64,000 nucleotides of DNA from Armatimonadota bacterium (GCA_038207085.1 JBBRAE010000003.1:64001-128000), one strand, 5' to 3'; positions 9,938-19,386 are shown, counted from the first letter of the stretch. The notes: generated from the sequence alone by a model not told the origin. Translations and numbers: made by a program.

Positions 9938-11265
9938 GAAGATTCGTGTTTGCTATAATCGTTGTTCTTGCCGCAGCCTGCGCCTCGACCGCCGCGCCTT
10001 TCACCAGGACGGTGCTCCCAAACGGGCTCACGGTGATCGTAAAGCCTGAGCCGGGGGTTGGAATCGTCGCGATCGAGGCGTTTGTGCGGTCCGGGGCGGC
10101 GCAGGAGCGGGAATTCAACGCAGGCATCGGCAACCTGATCACAAGCACGCTCCTTGCAAGCACCCGAAACAAGCGCGCGGAGACTGTCGCGGGGGTAGTC
10201 GACAGCGTCGGCGGAAACTTCGTCACGGAGTGGAACCCGGACTTTACCGAGATCAAGGCGATCACCACGGAATCGGGGTTCGACGACGCGATGAGCCTGC
10301 TCGGCGACATCCTGAACAACGCGAACTTCGAGCAGAAATGGGTGGATCGTTCCCGTGAGGATATTCTCTCCAGCCTCGCAATCGGAAGCGACGACGTCTT
10401 CCAGACCACCTACGAGCTTTTGAAGCAGCGGCTGTACTCGGACAACCCTTACAAGCGTCCGTCGCTTGGCTACCCAAGAACGCTGCGCGCGCTTACGACC
10501 GACGATCTTGCGAAGTTCTACAGGCAGTACTATGCGCCGAACAACATCGTCGTTTCGGTCGCCGGGGATATCACCTCAGAGCGTGCCGTTGAACGGATCA
10601 AGCGGGCGTTTGCGGGGACCAGTGCGGTCGTTCTCCCCAAGCAGCGGCCGATCCCTGAGGAGACCATTGCGGCGTCTTCGAGCGAAGTAATCGAGCGGCC
10701 GATCAGCGCGGCGTATTTCATGTTCGGGTTCCTCGCGCCGGGGATGGAGTCGCCGGAGTATGCGGCTATGCAGGTCGCGGCGACTGCGCTTGGAAGCGGC
10801 AAGGGCTCGCGGATGTTCCAATCGCTCCGGGAGCAAAAAGGGCTTGCATACGAAGTCGGGGCGATGTATCCTAAGCTGAAAAACCAAAGCCACGTCGTCG
10901 CCTACCTCGTGACCGACCCATATCGCCGCCTAGGCAAGGGTTACAGCATGCAGATGCTCCTCTCCGAGGTCAAGAAGTCGACGCTTGAAGAGATCAACCG
11001 GATGCAAAACGAGCTATTGTCCCCCGAGGAGATTGAACGGGCGAAAAGATACAGCATCGGAACGGATTCTCTGAGGCGACAGCGGCTGCGCGACCGGGCA
11101 TACAACCTCGGCTGGCTGGAAACTATCGGGCTTGGATGCGACTATGATACGGCGTTCGCCACAAAGCTCGATGCCGTAACAGCCGCCGATGTGCGCAAGG
11201 TTAGCTGCAAATACTTTAACAACTATGCACTGGTGATCGTGCTACCGGAGGGGACCGGGGGATAG
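9934..11265 (+). CDS. M16 peptidase, non-catalytic partner subunit
   Basis: LPNGL; HxxEH replaced by NLITS; SRMFQSLREQKGLAY; TTGA overlap with the upstream stop. Confidence 0.88.
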   Translation: MRRFVFAIIVVLAAACASTAAPFTRTVLPNGLTVIVKPEPGVGIVAIEAFVRSGAAQEREFNAGIGNLITSTLLASTRNKRAETVAGVVDSVGGNFVTEWNPDFTEIKAITTESGFDDAMSLLGDILNNANFEQKWVDRSREDILSSLAIGSDDVFQTTYELLKQRLYSDNPYKRPSLGYPRTLRALTTDDLAKFYRQYYAPNNIVVSVAGDITSERAVERIKRAFAGTSAVVLPKQRPIPEETIAASSSEVIERPISAAYFMFGFLAPGMESPEYAAMQVAATALGSGKGSRMFQSLREQKGLAYEVGAMYPKLKNQSHVVAYLVTDPYRRLGKGYSMQMLLSEVKKSTLEEINRMQNELLSPEEIERAKRYSIGTDSLRRQRLRDRAYNLGWLETIGLGCDYDTAFATKLDAVTAADVRKVSCKYFNNYALVIVLPEGTGG

Positions 11266-11272
11266 CTGTTAG

Positions 11273-11410
11273 CCCGATCGAGTGGGAGATTACTCCCGCC
11301 CGGAAAAGAAGAATGAGGACTTAAGTCCGGGGAATGGGCATCAGCCGACTGAGCGGGAGCTAAGCTCCCTTGTTCTTCTGTTTCGCACGCGATGAATATC
11401 GCGTGCGATC
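11273..11410. repeat. Nested multi-hairpin dispersed element, copy 1
   Basis: Homologous to 62447-62581; identical blocks gaggacttaagtccgg and ccgactgagcgggag. Confidence 0.85.
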
Positions 11411-11456
11411 ATACGCGATCGACCAGATTTGGGAGATAGTGGTCCTGATCGTGACG

Positions 11457-11567
11457 TGTCTCCTGACGCGGCATGCATGTTTGAGGGGTCTCCAGACCCC
11501 GATCCATGCGCTGCGGGGTCAGAGACCCTGGGAATGTCTGCGCCGGTTCTGGAGAACCGGCGCGATC
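11457..11567. repeat. GATC-footed REP-like hairpins
   Basis: ggggtc-tcca-gacccc-gatc (11485-11504); gcgccggttc-tgga-gaaccggcgc-gatc (11540-11567). Confidence 0.6.
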
Positions 11568-11648
11568 AACATAATCGGGTGACGATTGGGAATTAGATTA
11601 ACATTTGAGATGAATATTATACATACATATACAAATGGGGTTAGGCGA

Positions 11649-13991
11649 ATGAGGACGTTGACTAGGATCGGGCTTGCGCTGCTGCTTTTGGCGGGACTTG
11701 CGCAGCAGGTGTCGGCGAAGGAACGGGTGGTCTTCTGGTATGGAGCGACCCAGCGGGAGCAGGACGCCTACAAGGCGCTGATTGTGGACTTCAACCGCGC
11801 GCATCCCGACATCGTAGTCGAAGGGATGCTCGTGCCGCAGAGCTATGTCGAGCGCAAGCTGATTCTCTCCGTCGCAGGCGGCGTTCCACCTGACGTTGTG
11901 CGGTTTTACGCGCACCTCGGAGGGGAGATGATGAGCCGCGGCGGACTTGAACCAATCGATGACCTCGCGCAGAGGGACAAGCTCGATATGTCTGACTTCT
12001 ACCCCGTCGGAATCGAGCAGAACACCTACAACGGCCACCTCTACGGAGTGCCGTGGATTCTTTCGCCTAACGCGCTCTTCTATAACAAGAAGCTCTTCAA
12101 AGAAGCCGGACTCGACCCCAGCAAGCCGCCGAAGACCTGGGCTGAGCTCCAAGACTACGCCATGCGACTCACCAGGCGCACACCGGATGGCAAGATCGAG
12201 CGCGTCGGGTTCGCGAACTTCCTGAACAACCCACCTGACTTTAATATGTACCTCTGGCAGCAGGGAGGCCAACCGCTCAGCGCCGACAAGAAGCGAATCG
12301 CCTTTGACAGCCCCGAGGGCGTCGCGGCGCTGACGTGGATGCGCGACTTTCTGATTCGCGAAGTCGGGCCGACTGGGGCCAAAGTCTCATCCGAGCAGGC
12401 CGCCGCGCAGGCTACTCAGAACATTCAGGTGTTCAACAGCAGCTATGTCGGGGCGACACAGGACGCGTTTGGGCTTGAGAAGGTCGCGATGCGGATCGAA
12501 AGCCCGTTTCGCATCCCTGATCTAGAAAAATACTTCCCGGATCTCGACTACGCGATCGCCCCTACCCCCTGGGACAGGGTCCGAGCCGTCGAGGTGGTCG
12601 GAAACGCGCTCGTGATCCCGCGCGGAAGCAAGCACCGTGAGGCGGCGTGGGAGTTCATCAAGTTTGCCTCAAGCCCGCAGCAGATGCTTCGGATTTGCTC
12701 GGCGGCGGGGCGGATTCCAGCCCGAAAGAGCGCCGCAACGAGCCCCGCGTTTTACAACAACAAGCTCGTAAGGCCGTTCGTCGACCAGATCGCCTTTGGC
12801 CGCACCACTCCCGTCGCACCCGGCTATCGCGAGGCAAGCGATCAGCTCGCACGGCAGATCGAGGCGGTCTTCAAGGGCAAAACGACACCCGAAGCTGGCC
12901 TTAGAATCGCCGCAACCAACGGTCAGAGCATACTGAACGTCGCAAACGAGGATGTGAACAAGCTCACACCTGTCCCCTGGACCGCGCTTGGCGTCGGAGC
13001 CGGACTACTGCTCCTGGGGCTGATCGGCGGCGGGACGTGGTACGTGCTGCGGCAGACCCGAGGGCACAAGACCGCGCGCAAGCAGGCGATTACGTTCTAC
13101 CTGTTTCTAAGCCCCTGGCTGATCGGGTTTATCGTGCTCACGTTCGGCTCGACGCTTGCCTCGCTTGTGTTCAGTTTCAGCCGGTGGGACGTCATCAACA
13201 CCGCACGGTTTGTGGGCCTGCGCAACTTCGGAGAGCTCTTCCTAAACGACCCGAGGTTCATCAAGGCGCTCGCCAACACGCTCTACTACGCCGCGTTCAG
13301 CATCCCACTCGCGATGATCGGGGGGCTTGCGATCTCGGTTCTGATGAACCAGAAGCTGCGCGGCATAACCGTGTTTCGCGCAGTCTACTACCTGCCGGTC
13401 GTAACTTCGGGAGTGGCGACGGCTATACTCTGGCAGTGGATATTCAACCCGAGCTCGGGGATATTCCCGAGGATTCTGACGGGGCTCGGTATCGACAAAC
13501 TGCCGACGCTTTGGGGCGGAGCGCCGATCCCACCGGGCTGGCTACTAGACCCCAACTGGTCCAAACCTGCCTTTATTATTATGGGTCTCTGGGGCGTCGG
13601 TGGGTCGATTATGATCTACCTCGCGGGCCTGAACGGCATCTCCGAGGAGCTTTACGAGGCCGCCAAGATCGACGGCTGCACGCCCTGGCAGAAGTTCAGG
13701 AATGTGACGCTGCCGCTCCTCACGCCGACTATATTCTACCAGCTCATCATCGGCACGATGGCCGCGTTCCAGTTCTTCACACCGGCCTACATCATGACCG
13801 GAGGCACCGGCGGGCCGGACGACTCGACGATGTTCTACTCGCTCTATCTGTTCAAGAACGCCTTTGAATGGATGAAAATGGGCTACGCTTCAGCGCTTGC
13901 CTGGATCCTCTTTGCGATAGTCCTCGTGGTGACGCTGGTGCAGTTCAAGGTCTCCGGCAAGTGGGTCTATTACGAAGGCAAGAACGACTAA
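11649..13991 (+). CDS. Fused sugar ABC transporter solute-binding protein + MalF-type permease
   Basis: Signal peptide, SBP family 1 (LFYNKKLFKEAGLD..PKTWAEL), then TM domain with EAA loop ELYEAAKIDG; ATG at 11649 preferred. Confidence 0.9.
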   Translation: MRTLTRIGLALLLLAGLAQQVSAKERVVFWYGATQREQDAYKALIVDFNRAHPDIVVEGMLVPQSYVERKLILSVAGGVPPDVVRFYAHLGGEMMSRGGLEPIDDLAQRDKLDMSDFYPVGIEQNTYNGHLYGVPWILSPNALFYNKKLFKEAGLDPSKPPKTWAELQDYAMRLTRRTPDGKIERVGFANFLNNPPDFNMYLWQQGGQPLSADKKRIAFDSPEGVAALTWMRDFLIREVGPTGAKVSSEQAAAQATQNIQVFNSSYVGATQDAFGLEKVAMRIESPFRIPDLEKYFPDLDYAIAPTPWDRVRAVEVVGNALVIPRGSKHREAAWEFIKFASSPQQMLRICSAAGRIPARKSAATSPAFYNNKLVRPFVDQIAFGRTTPVAPGYREASDQLARQIEAVFKGKTTPEAGLRIAATNGQSILNVANEDVNKLTPVPWTALGVGAGLLLLGLIGGGTWYVLRQTRGHKTARKQAITFYLFLSPWLIGFIVLTFGSTLASLVFSFSRWDVINTARFVGLRNFGELFLNDPRFIKALANTLYYAAFSIPLAMIGGLAISVLMNQKLRGITVFRAVYYLPVVTSGVATAILWQWIFNPSSGIFPRILTGLGIDKLPTLWGGAPIPPGWLLDPNWSKPAFIIMGLWGVGGSIMIYLAGLNGISEELYEAAKIDGCTPWQKFRNVTLPLLTPTIFYQLIIGTMAAFQFFTPAYIMTGGTGGPDDSTMFYSLYLFKNAFEWMKMGYASALAWILFAIVLVVTLVQFKVSGKWVYYEGKND

Positions 13992-14004
13992 CCCCCGGTC
14001 AAGA

Positions 14005-14049
14005 ACTAACCCGCATTATTCACGAGGAGCGTGAATAATGCGGGTTAGT
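14005..14049. repeat. Perfect 20-bp-arm palindrome, family B copy 1
   Basis: actaacccgcattattcacg-aggag-cgtgaataatgcgggttagt. Confidence 0.9.
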
Positions 14050-14067
14050 GAGAGCTTGATTCGCTAC

Positions 14068-14099
14068 GAAGCCGGCGGGTCGACTGATCCGCCGGCTTC
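14068..14099. terminator. Hairpin between convergent genes
   Basis: gaagccggcgggtc-gact-gatccgccggcttc. Confidence 0.6.
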
Positions 14100-14139
14100 T
14101 CGTGGTCGAACAACATGAGTGAGTCGGGTAGCTTGCGCT

Positions 14140-16644
14140 CTACTTCGAGGTCACAAATATCCCCAACTTTTTGGCGATATACTCAACATCCACCAAGAGT
14201 TTACAGCACGCCGGATTCTCCGGTGTCTGAGCGATGCCGCTGTCGGATCCTCCGGGGTAAGGGAGAATAGGCGAGGATGAGATGCAGGCGTCCGCCACAA
14301 CAAGCTCGAATTGCGAAAGCGTGTCTGCGGCCGCGGCTGTATCTTGCGCCACATAGTAATAGTAATTTGTATCCGACAGAAGCTGTTTTGCCTCTTTATA
14401 GAGCGCTTCGTTGGATATCAGCGGAACCTCGTCCAAACCAAACGGCATCGAATGAAATACATCGAGCAGCAGGCTGAGCGAGTTCAGATCAGCATCGACC
14501 GTCCACTTCCAGATGTCTGTATGGACCGTAGCTGGCCCTGTCCCATCGTCATAGTTTACAATGTCGTTGGGATTGGACCCTATGCGAACCTGACCCGTTC
14601 CATACAGAATGTTGAGTGTAAACGTCGTGCCGGGAGCCTCATACATCAGCGGCCACCACGTCCTGATGTTGTTGGTGCCCTGCTGAGTGACGGTCTTTGG
14701 CGCATACACCTCACTGCACTGGATGAATGAGGGAGTGGTCTTCCTCAGAACCACGTTCTTGACCGTCCATCCGCCCGGCCACTGGTCTCTAGCGGCCTTT
14801 ATGAAGTTGCTCCACTTGTTTCCACCGTAGATCGAGAACACGCCGCCGGTTGCTGTTGTCACGTCCGGTCCTATGCCATGGTAGCCCAGGAACGACCAGT
14901 TCCAGCCTCCCGAAGTAGCCGGCACGGCTTGAGTGATCACTCGTGGCACTATGTCTACGGACGATTCACCGGTCTCGGTCAGAACCACATTGTTAACGTG
15001 GGCGATCACCGTGACCTTGTTCCAAAGCGGGCTTGTATCGGTAAACAAGACGATACGGCCTATGGTGAAATCTACACACGCGCCGGATGGGATGACCGAG
15101 CTGCCGCCGTTTGCAGTGATAAAGGCGGCGTTAAGGTCGCCGAAATGTGTGTCGATTATGGAATCGACCGTCACCGGAGGCGTTCCGCAGTTGCACACGG
15201 TGAACTTATAGAGCACTGTATCACCGACTGAGGCCGTAGCGCGGTCGGCTACTTTCGCTACGCTAAGACAAGGACCTGGTGCGATGGCGATGTCCCAGTT
15301 GTCGGATGCAGTCACGGGGGTGCCGTTGTTGTGGGCGTTGACCGTAACGACGTTGCTGAGAGGATTCGGATCCGAGGCGAGCACCGTATGTGTCGCGGTA
15401 AACGACATGCACGTTCCGCCGGCCATGGTCGCCCCGCCGTTCGCGGTTGTGAACGCGGTGGTCAGGTTGCCCAGATTCGAGTCGATCACACTGTCCACCG
15501 TCAGTGTTGTCGTCCCGCAGTTGCAGATGGTGAAATTATAGGTCACCAGATCACCGACCGATGCCACAATACGGTCGGCAACCTTCACCATGCTCACACA
15601 AGTGGTTGGCGTGGTCGGAGTGATGTCCACGCTCGCCGTGGCAGTGTCCGACGTTGAACCCGTGGTGTCATGGACACTGACGATAGCTGTGTTTACGAGA
15701 GGATTAGCGTCGGCGACCGTCACCGTGTGGCTCACGGTGAACACCGTGCATAGCCCAACAGAAAGCGTCGATCCGCCGTTCGCTATGGTGAACGCCGTAG
15801 TCAGGTTGCCCAGATTCGAGTCGGTCACGCTGTCCACCGTGATCGGCGTCGATCCGCAGTTACAGATTGTGTACGTGTAGATGATCTCATCGTTGACGGC
15901 GGCTTGGGTGCGGTTTGGCTGCTTAGTGATGCTCACACAGGGGTGGCTCGGCACGCAGACACCGCTCACGACTGTTTCTGAATTGCTGATCGTGACCGCG
16001 CCGTTTCGTGCGAGCGCCCGGCCATTCAGGGTTCCGCCGTTAAGTGTAATGCTCGCAAGCGCCATGATATTGCCTACGAAGTTGTTGTTCGTTTGGATGG
16101 TCGCGGATGATCCGACCTGCCAGAACACATTGCACGGAGAAGCTCCGTTAATCAACATTACATTGGAATTTGTGCCGGTGATCAGGGTGCTGCCGATCTG
16201 GAAGACCCACTGCGCGTTCGGATCTCCTTGAGCGTCGAGCGTCAGAGTACCGGTCAATCCCGCTGAAGATGAGAAGAAGTAGACTCCCGGAACGAGCGTC
16301 ATTCCGCCCAGGTCTTGGCCAGTGAGATTGAAGTTGGGCGCAGCGCTCGCTGCGGCATTGTACGCGATGACCAGGTCGGACTGGGCTTGTGCCGTCGCGG
16401 CGCTGGGCGCGGTGTACAGTGTGCCGAGCACCACTCCGGGTGGAAATCCCGTTACGGCGGGTGTAGGGGAACTGCCGACATCCCCCTGGACAATCGTTCC
16501 CGCGGCGTTAGTCGGGTCATTGGTGATGCCGCTGCCGGCAAGCAGTCCGAAGGTGGTTGCTGTGCCAAGATTGATGGGAGCGGCGGGTGCGTTCACTGCG
16601 AACAACACCAGAACCAGTAGAAGAAGCCAATGTACTTTCAACAC
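14140..16644 (-). CDS. Secreted ice-binding-like (DUF3494) protein with three DUF11-like repeats and an unknown C-terminal domain
   Basis: LGTATTFGLLAGSGITN, DLGGMTLVPGVY, WVFQIGSTL, NVFWQVGSSAT, GRALA; SD AGGAGG before GTG 16644 or TTG 16641. Confidence 0.85.
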   Translation of the reverse strand: MLKVHWLLLLVLVLFAVNAPAAPINLGTATTFGLLAGSGITNDPTNAAGTIVQGDVGSSPTPAVTGFPPGVVLGTLYTAPSAATAQAQSDLVIAYNAAASAAPNFNLTGQDLGGMTLVPGVYFFSSSAGLTGTLTLDAQGDPNAQWVFQIGSTLITGTNSNVMLINGASPCNVFWQVGSSATIQTNNNFVGNIMALASITLNGGTLNGRALARNGAVTISNSETVVSGVCVPSHPCVSITKQPNRTQAAVNDEIIYTYTICNCGSTPITVDSVTDSNLGNLTTAFTIANGGSTLSVGLCTVFTVSHTVTVADANPLVNTAIVSVHDTTGSTSDTATASVDITPTTPTTCVSMVKVADRIVASVGDLVTYNFTICNCGTTTLTVDSVIDSNLGNLTTAFTTANGGATMAGGTCMSFTATHTVLASDPNPLSNVVTVNAHNNGTPVTASDNWDIAIAPGPCLSVAKVADRATASVGDTVLYKFTVCNCGTPPVTVDSIIDTHFGDLNAAFITANGGSSVIPSGACVDFTIGRIVLFTDTSPLWNKVTVIAHVNNVVLTETGESSVDIVPRVITQAVPATSGGWNWSFLGYHGIGPDVTTATGGVFSIYGGNKWSNFIKAARDQWPGGWTVKNVVLRKTTPSFIQCSEVYAPKTVTQQGTNNIRTWWPLMYEAPGTTFTLNILYGTGQVRIGSNPNDIVNYDDGTGPATVHTDIWKWTVDADLNSLSLLLDVFHSMPFGLDEVPLISNEALYKEAKQLLSDTNYYYYVAQDTAAAADTLSQFELVVADACISSSPILPYPGGSDSGIAQTPENPACCKLLVDVEYIAKKLGIFVTSK

Positions 16645-16954
16645 GATTCCTCCTTTTGCCCAGTTGGAGCTGGGCGAGTATGGTCGGTCTATGGACTTGT
16701 TACGCCATAGATCGCAGCAGAGTGGTTGCTTGTTCAGGCAACCCAAATCGTAATGTATCCAATTAGTGTCGCAGGGAAACATATTAATGTCATTAAACGG
16801 AAGAACTGGACTTAATTCAGCACAGGTTGTTCACCACGAAGCCACCACAGCAGCGTTGATCTATCGCGGAGATGACACGACGCCACCGTAGTCAGTGCCT
16901 GGCCTCCTCGCGACCGCAGTTGCTGATCTCGGAATTGGCACCCGTGTAACCTCG

Positions 16955-17099
16955 ATGGCAGAGCGCACGACCTGCCCGATGTCACAAGTTTGTAGCCGCT
17001 AAACATCAGGCCGACAAGATGGGGGTGAGTTTGACCAAGGTGCTTCGCGTCCAGTCCGACAGCCTGCGCTCCCAGAAGAACATGCGGCAAAACAGATAA
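16955..17099 (+). pseudogene. Degenerate fragment of a TadC / T2SS-F family gene
   Basis: With two frameshifts reads MAERT/DLPDVTS/VAAKHQADKMGVSLTKVLRVQSDSLR. Confidence 0.6.
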
Positions 17100-17334
17100 T
17101 GAAGGCGCTTTCAAGCGTGACTAAGTAGGAAGGCAGATAAGTCAGGCGTTACTACCTGGCCTGAACGTGGATGTTCCGTGGCAAAACATTAGTGACAGAT
17201 CAACAGGTGTTTGACCTACACCATGCTGGCCGGTGTAGTGGCCGGTGGCGACGCACGCTGAACTGTCGCCTTCTCCTTTCTACTCCCTCCCAGGCCCGGG
17301 CTGACTACCCGGGCCGCTTTATGTCTGGGGCAGT

Positions 17335-17360
17335 TGGGCCGGATTTGCAATCCGAGCCCA
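17335..17360. repeat. REP-like palindrome, cggatttgcaatccg family
   Basis: tgggccggatttgcaatccgagccca; related copies near 20280 and 20390. Confidence 0.7.
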
Positions 17361-17364
17361 TCAC

Positions 17365-19386
17365 TCACCGCTTCTCAACCAGATCCCACTTGTTACCGGG
17401 CAGAATAGCAAGATCGTAGTGCTTGCCGCGCCACTTGATGTCGGTGATCTCTAGTTTCTTCCAATTCGCAGGCAGGCAGGGCTTGATCGAAAGCCCCGGC
17501 AGGAGCGGGTTGAACCCCTCCGGCGCGCGCCCGACCCTGATCCCGCCGAAGCCGTAGACGACGCTCTGGATCGTCCCCGCGCAGCCGGTAAGAAAACAGG
17601 CATTGTCGTAGGTGAGCGAGCGCTTTTCGTTGAATATCAGCATCGGCCCGCGCATAAACGGCTTGTAGCTGTCCTCGAAGTGCTTGTAGGCCTCATCAGG
17701 GCGACCAAGTTCGGCTGCGATAATCGCGTGGATAGAAGAAGTCATCGCCGGGCCACGCGGGTCGGTCGTCTTCTTGTAAAAGTCGAATGTGTTCTTCTTG
17801 ACCTGATCGGACATTGGGTAGACGAGCGGGTAGATCAAAAGCTCGGTGTCGGCCTGCTTGGTTTTGCCGCCTTTGTAGCCGTCGTAGGCTGTGAATCGCT
17901 TGGCTTGGGCGTCGAATGGGATGTACATCTTCTTGGCGATGTCGTCCCACTTCGAGGGATAGCTCACCCCCAGTTTCTTTGCCGTTTCGATCGCAAGCTC
18001 GATGTTTCGCTTGGCTGCGGCGTTGGTGTAGACGCTGTTGTCGACTATTCCAGCGTTCTCGTCGGGTGGAACTATGTCTAATATTTCGTAACGATCTTTT
18101 ACTTTGTTATACTTGACTCGGGAGGCCCAGTATTCGGCGGTATTCTTGAGAATGAGATCGGCGTCAGGACCGAACATGGAGTGCGCGGCGATACCTACGT
18201 CGGCAGTTATGTGGCGTTCTTCCGCGTATGGAGGCGGCGCGGTTTCTTTGCCGGTCTGCGCGCTTTCCCAAGCGAACTCGGTTCCCAGCAGTCCCCGTTT
18301 CTTGGCGTTTTTAGCCGCCCCAAACATTGTTTTCAAACGATACTTGACGATACCCTGAGCGAGGTTGGGATGCTGAAGAAGCAGGGCGGGGAACATCCAA
18401 GTGTCGGCATCCCAGAAGATATGCCCGCGCCAGGGGCCGCCGGTCGAGAGGCCCATCGGGGAGATGCTCTGCCCGGCGCTTGCGCTTGAGAGCATGTAGA
18501 ACTGCATCGCGTGGATCGCCTGCTGGGCCGCGGGGTCGCCGTCAATTACGATGTCGGACTTCCAGGTGTCGCGCCACGCCTGCTTGTGGGCTGCGAAAAC
18601 CTTGTCGTAGCCGATTTCCCATGCGTCGAGGTTGGCATCTTTCGACTTCAATACCTCTGCATACATGCTGACAGATATATACCGGGTGATGAAAACGCTC
18701 TGCCCTCGCTTGGCCTGCACCGAGTCTTTCACATTGTGACCGTCCGTGTCTACGGTTGTCGACGTGATAAACACGGGTCCCTGGTGAGGTATAGGCTTGA
18801 TGATGATTTTGCCGTTTCGAGCCGGAGCGAGATTATACCGGATTACGGCAACATCGCCCAGCGCGTGGAGCTTCGCCGCCGCATCGGTGGGAAGTATGAA
18901 GACCGTCACGTTACCCGCAAGCCTCTGCCTACCCGACTTAAGTGTAAGCTCAGTTTGGACGTATCCCTCGCGCATGTTGAGCGTCTGGCGGTACGGCGCA
19001 TTGGTGTCTAGCGCAAAGCGGTTGCCGTTCTCGTCAAAGAGCGGGAAATCGCTCCAGTTGGGGAGAGGCTGGGTCTCTTCGCCCTTCCAAAGGCCGGACA
19101 TCAGGCACTCAGTCGGCTGGCCGTTGAATGATCCGACACCTTCGGGGCCGATTCTTGCGCCGATGTGGCCGTTGCCGATGTAGGTGCCGTAAAGCGTGCC
19201 GTCGAGCGTCTTTTCTTTGCTCTCGGCAAACGCGGGTTGGCCGACGAGCGCGTATGGGTCGTTGGTCTGGAGGTTCCAGGGGTCGAGCGTCTTCACAGGA
19301 AGCTTCGGCGCGGGATGCGGCATAAGGGCAAAGACGGCGATGGCCAGAATCGCAATAGTTGCGGCGGTTACGGATATACGCTTCAC
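17365..19386 (-). CDS. Glycoside hydrolase family 65, exported or membrane-anchored
   Basis: YIGNGHIG, GHIFWDADTWM, PPDE, KQADTELLIYPL, GPAMT, FLTGCAG; N-terminal hydrophobic segment. Confidence 0.9.
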   Translation of the reverse strand: MKRISVTAATIAILAIAVFALMPHPAPKLPVKTLDPWNLQTNDPYALVGQPAFAESKEKTLDGTLYGTYIGNGHIGARIGPEGVGSFNGQPTECLMSGLWKGEETQPLPNWSDFPLFDENGNRFALDTNAPYRQTLNMREGYVQTELTLKSGRQRLAGNVTVFILPTDAAAKLHALGDVAVIRYNLAPARNGKIIIKPIPHQGPVFITSTTVDTDGHNVKDSVQAKRGQSVFITRYISVSMYAEVLKSKDANLDAWEIGYDKVFAAHKQAWRDTWKSDIVIDGDPAAQQAIHAMQFYMLSSASAGQSISPMGLSTGGPWRGHIFWDADTWMFPALLLQHPNLAQGIVKYRLKTMFGAAKNAKKRGLLGTEFAWESAQTGKETAPPPYAEERHITADVGIAAHSMFGPDADLILKNTAEYWASRVKYNKVKDRYEILDIVPPDENAGIVDNSVYTNAAAKRNIELAIETAKKLGVSYPSKWDDIAKKMYIPFDAQAKRFTAYDGYKGGKTKQADTELLIYPLVYPMSDQVKKNTFDFYKKTTDPRGPAMTSSIHAIIAAELGRPDEAYKHFEDSYKPFMRGPMLIFNEKRSLTYDNACFLTGCAGTIQSVVYGFGGIRVGRAPEGFNPLLPGLSIKPCLPANWKKLEITDIKWRGKHYDLAILPGNKWDLVEKR

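Noticed and set aside
11273..11410. Hammerhead or twister-sister ribozyme identity for the nested element
   Set aside because: No CUGANGA plus GAAA core. CAAG..GCUCA on the minus strand resembles twister-sister, but the junction lies on the wrong side.
14005..14049. CRISPR repeat
   Set aside because: Copies are dispersed, with no spacer array and no cas genes.
16645..16782. Extended N-termini in the ORF track (also 9844, 11586, 24252, 45321, 52133, 53403, 57612, 60145, 62486)
   Set aside because: Downstream starts fit SD sites, signal peptides, stop-start overlaps or family N-termini better.
16812..17114. 100-aa minus-strand ORF
   Set aside because: No SD or motif; the region is better explained by the + strand tadC remnant.
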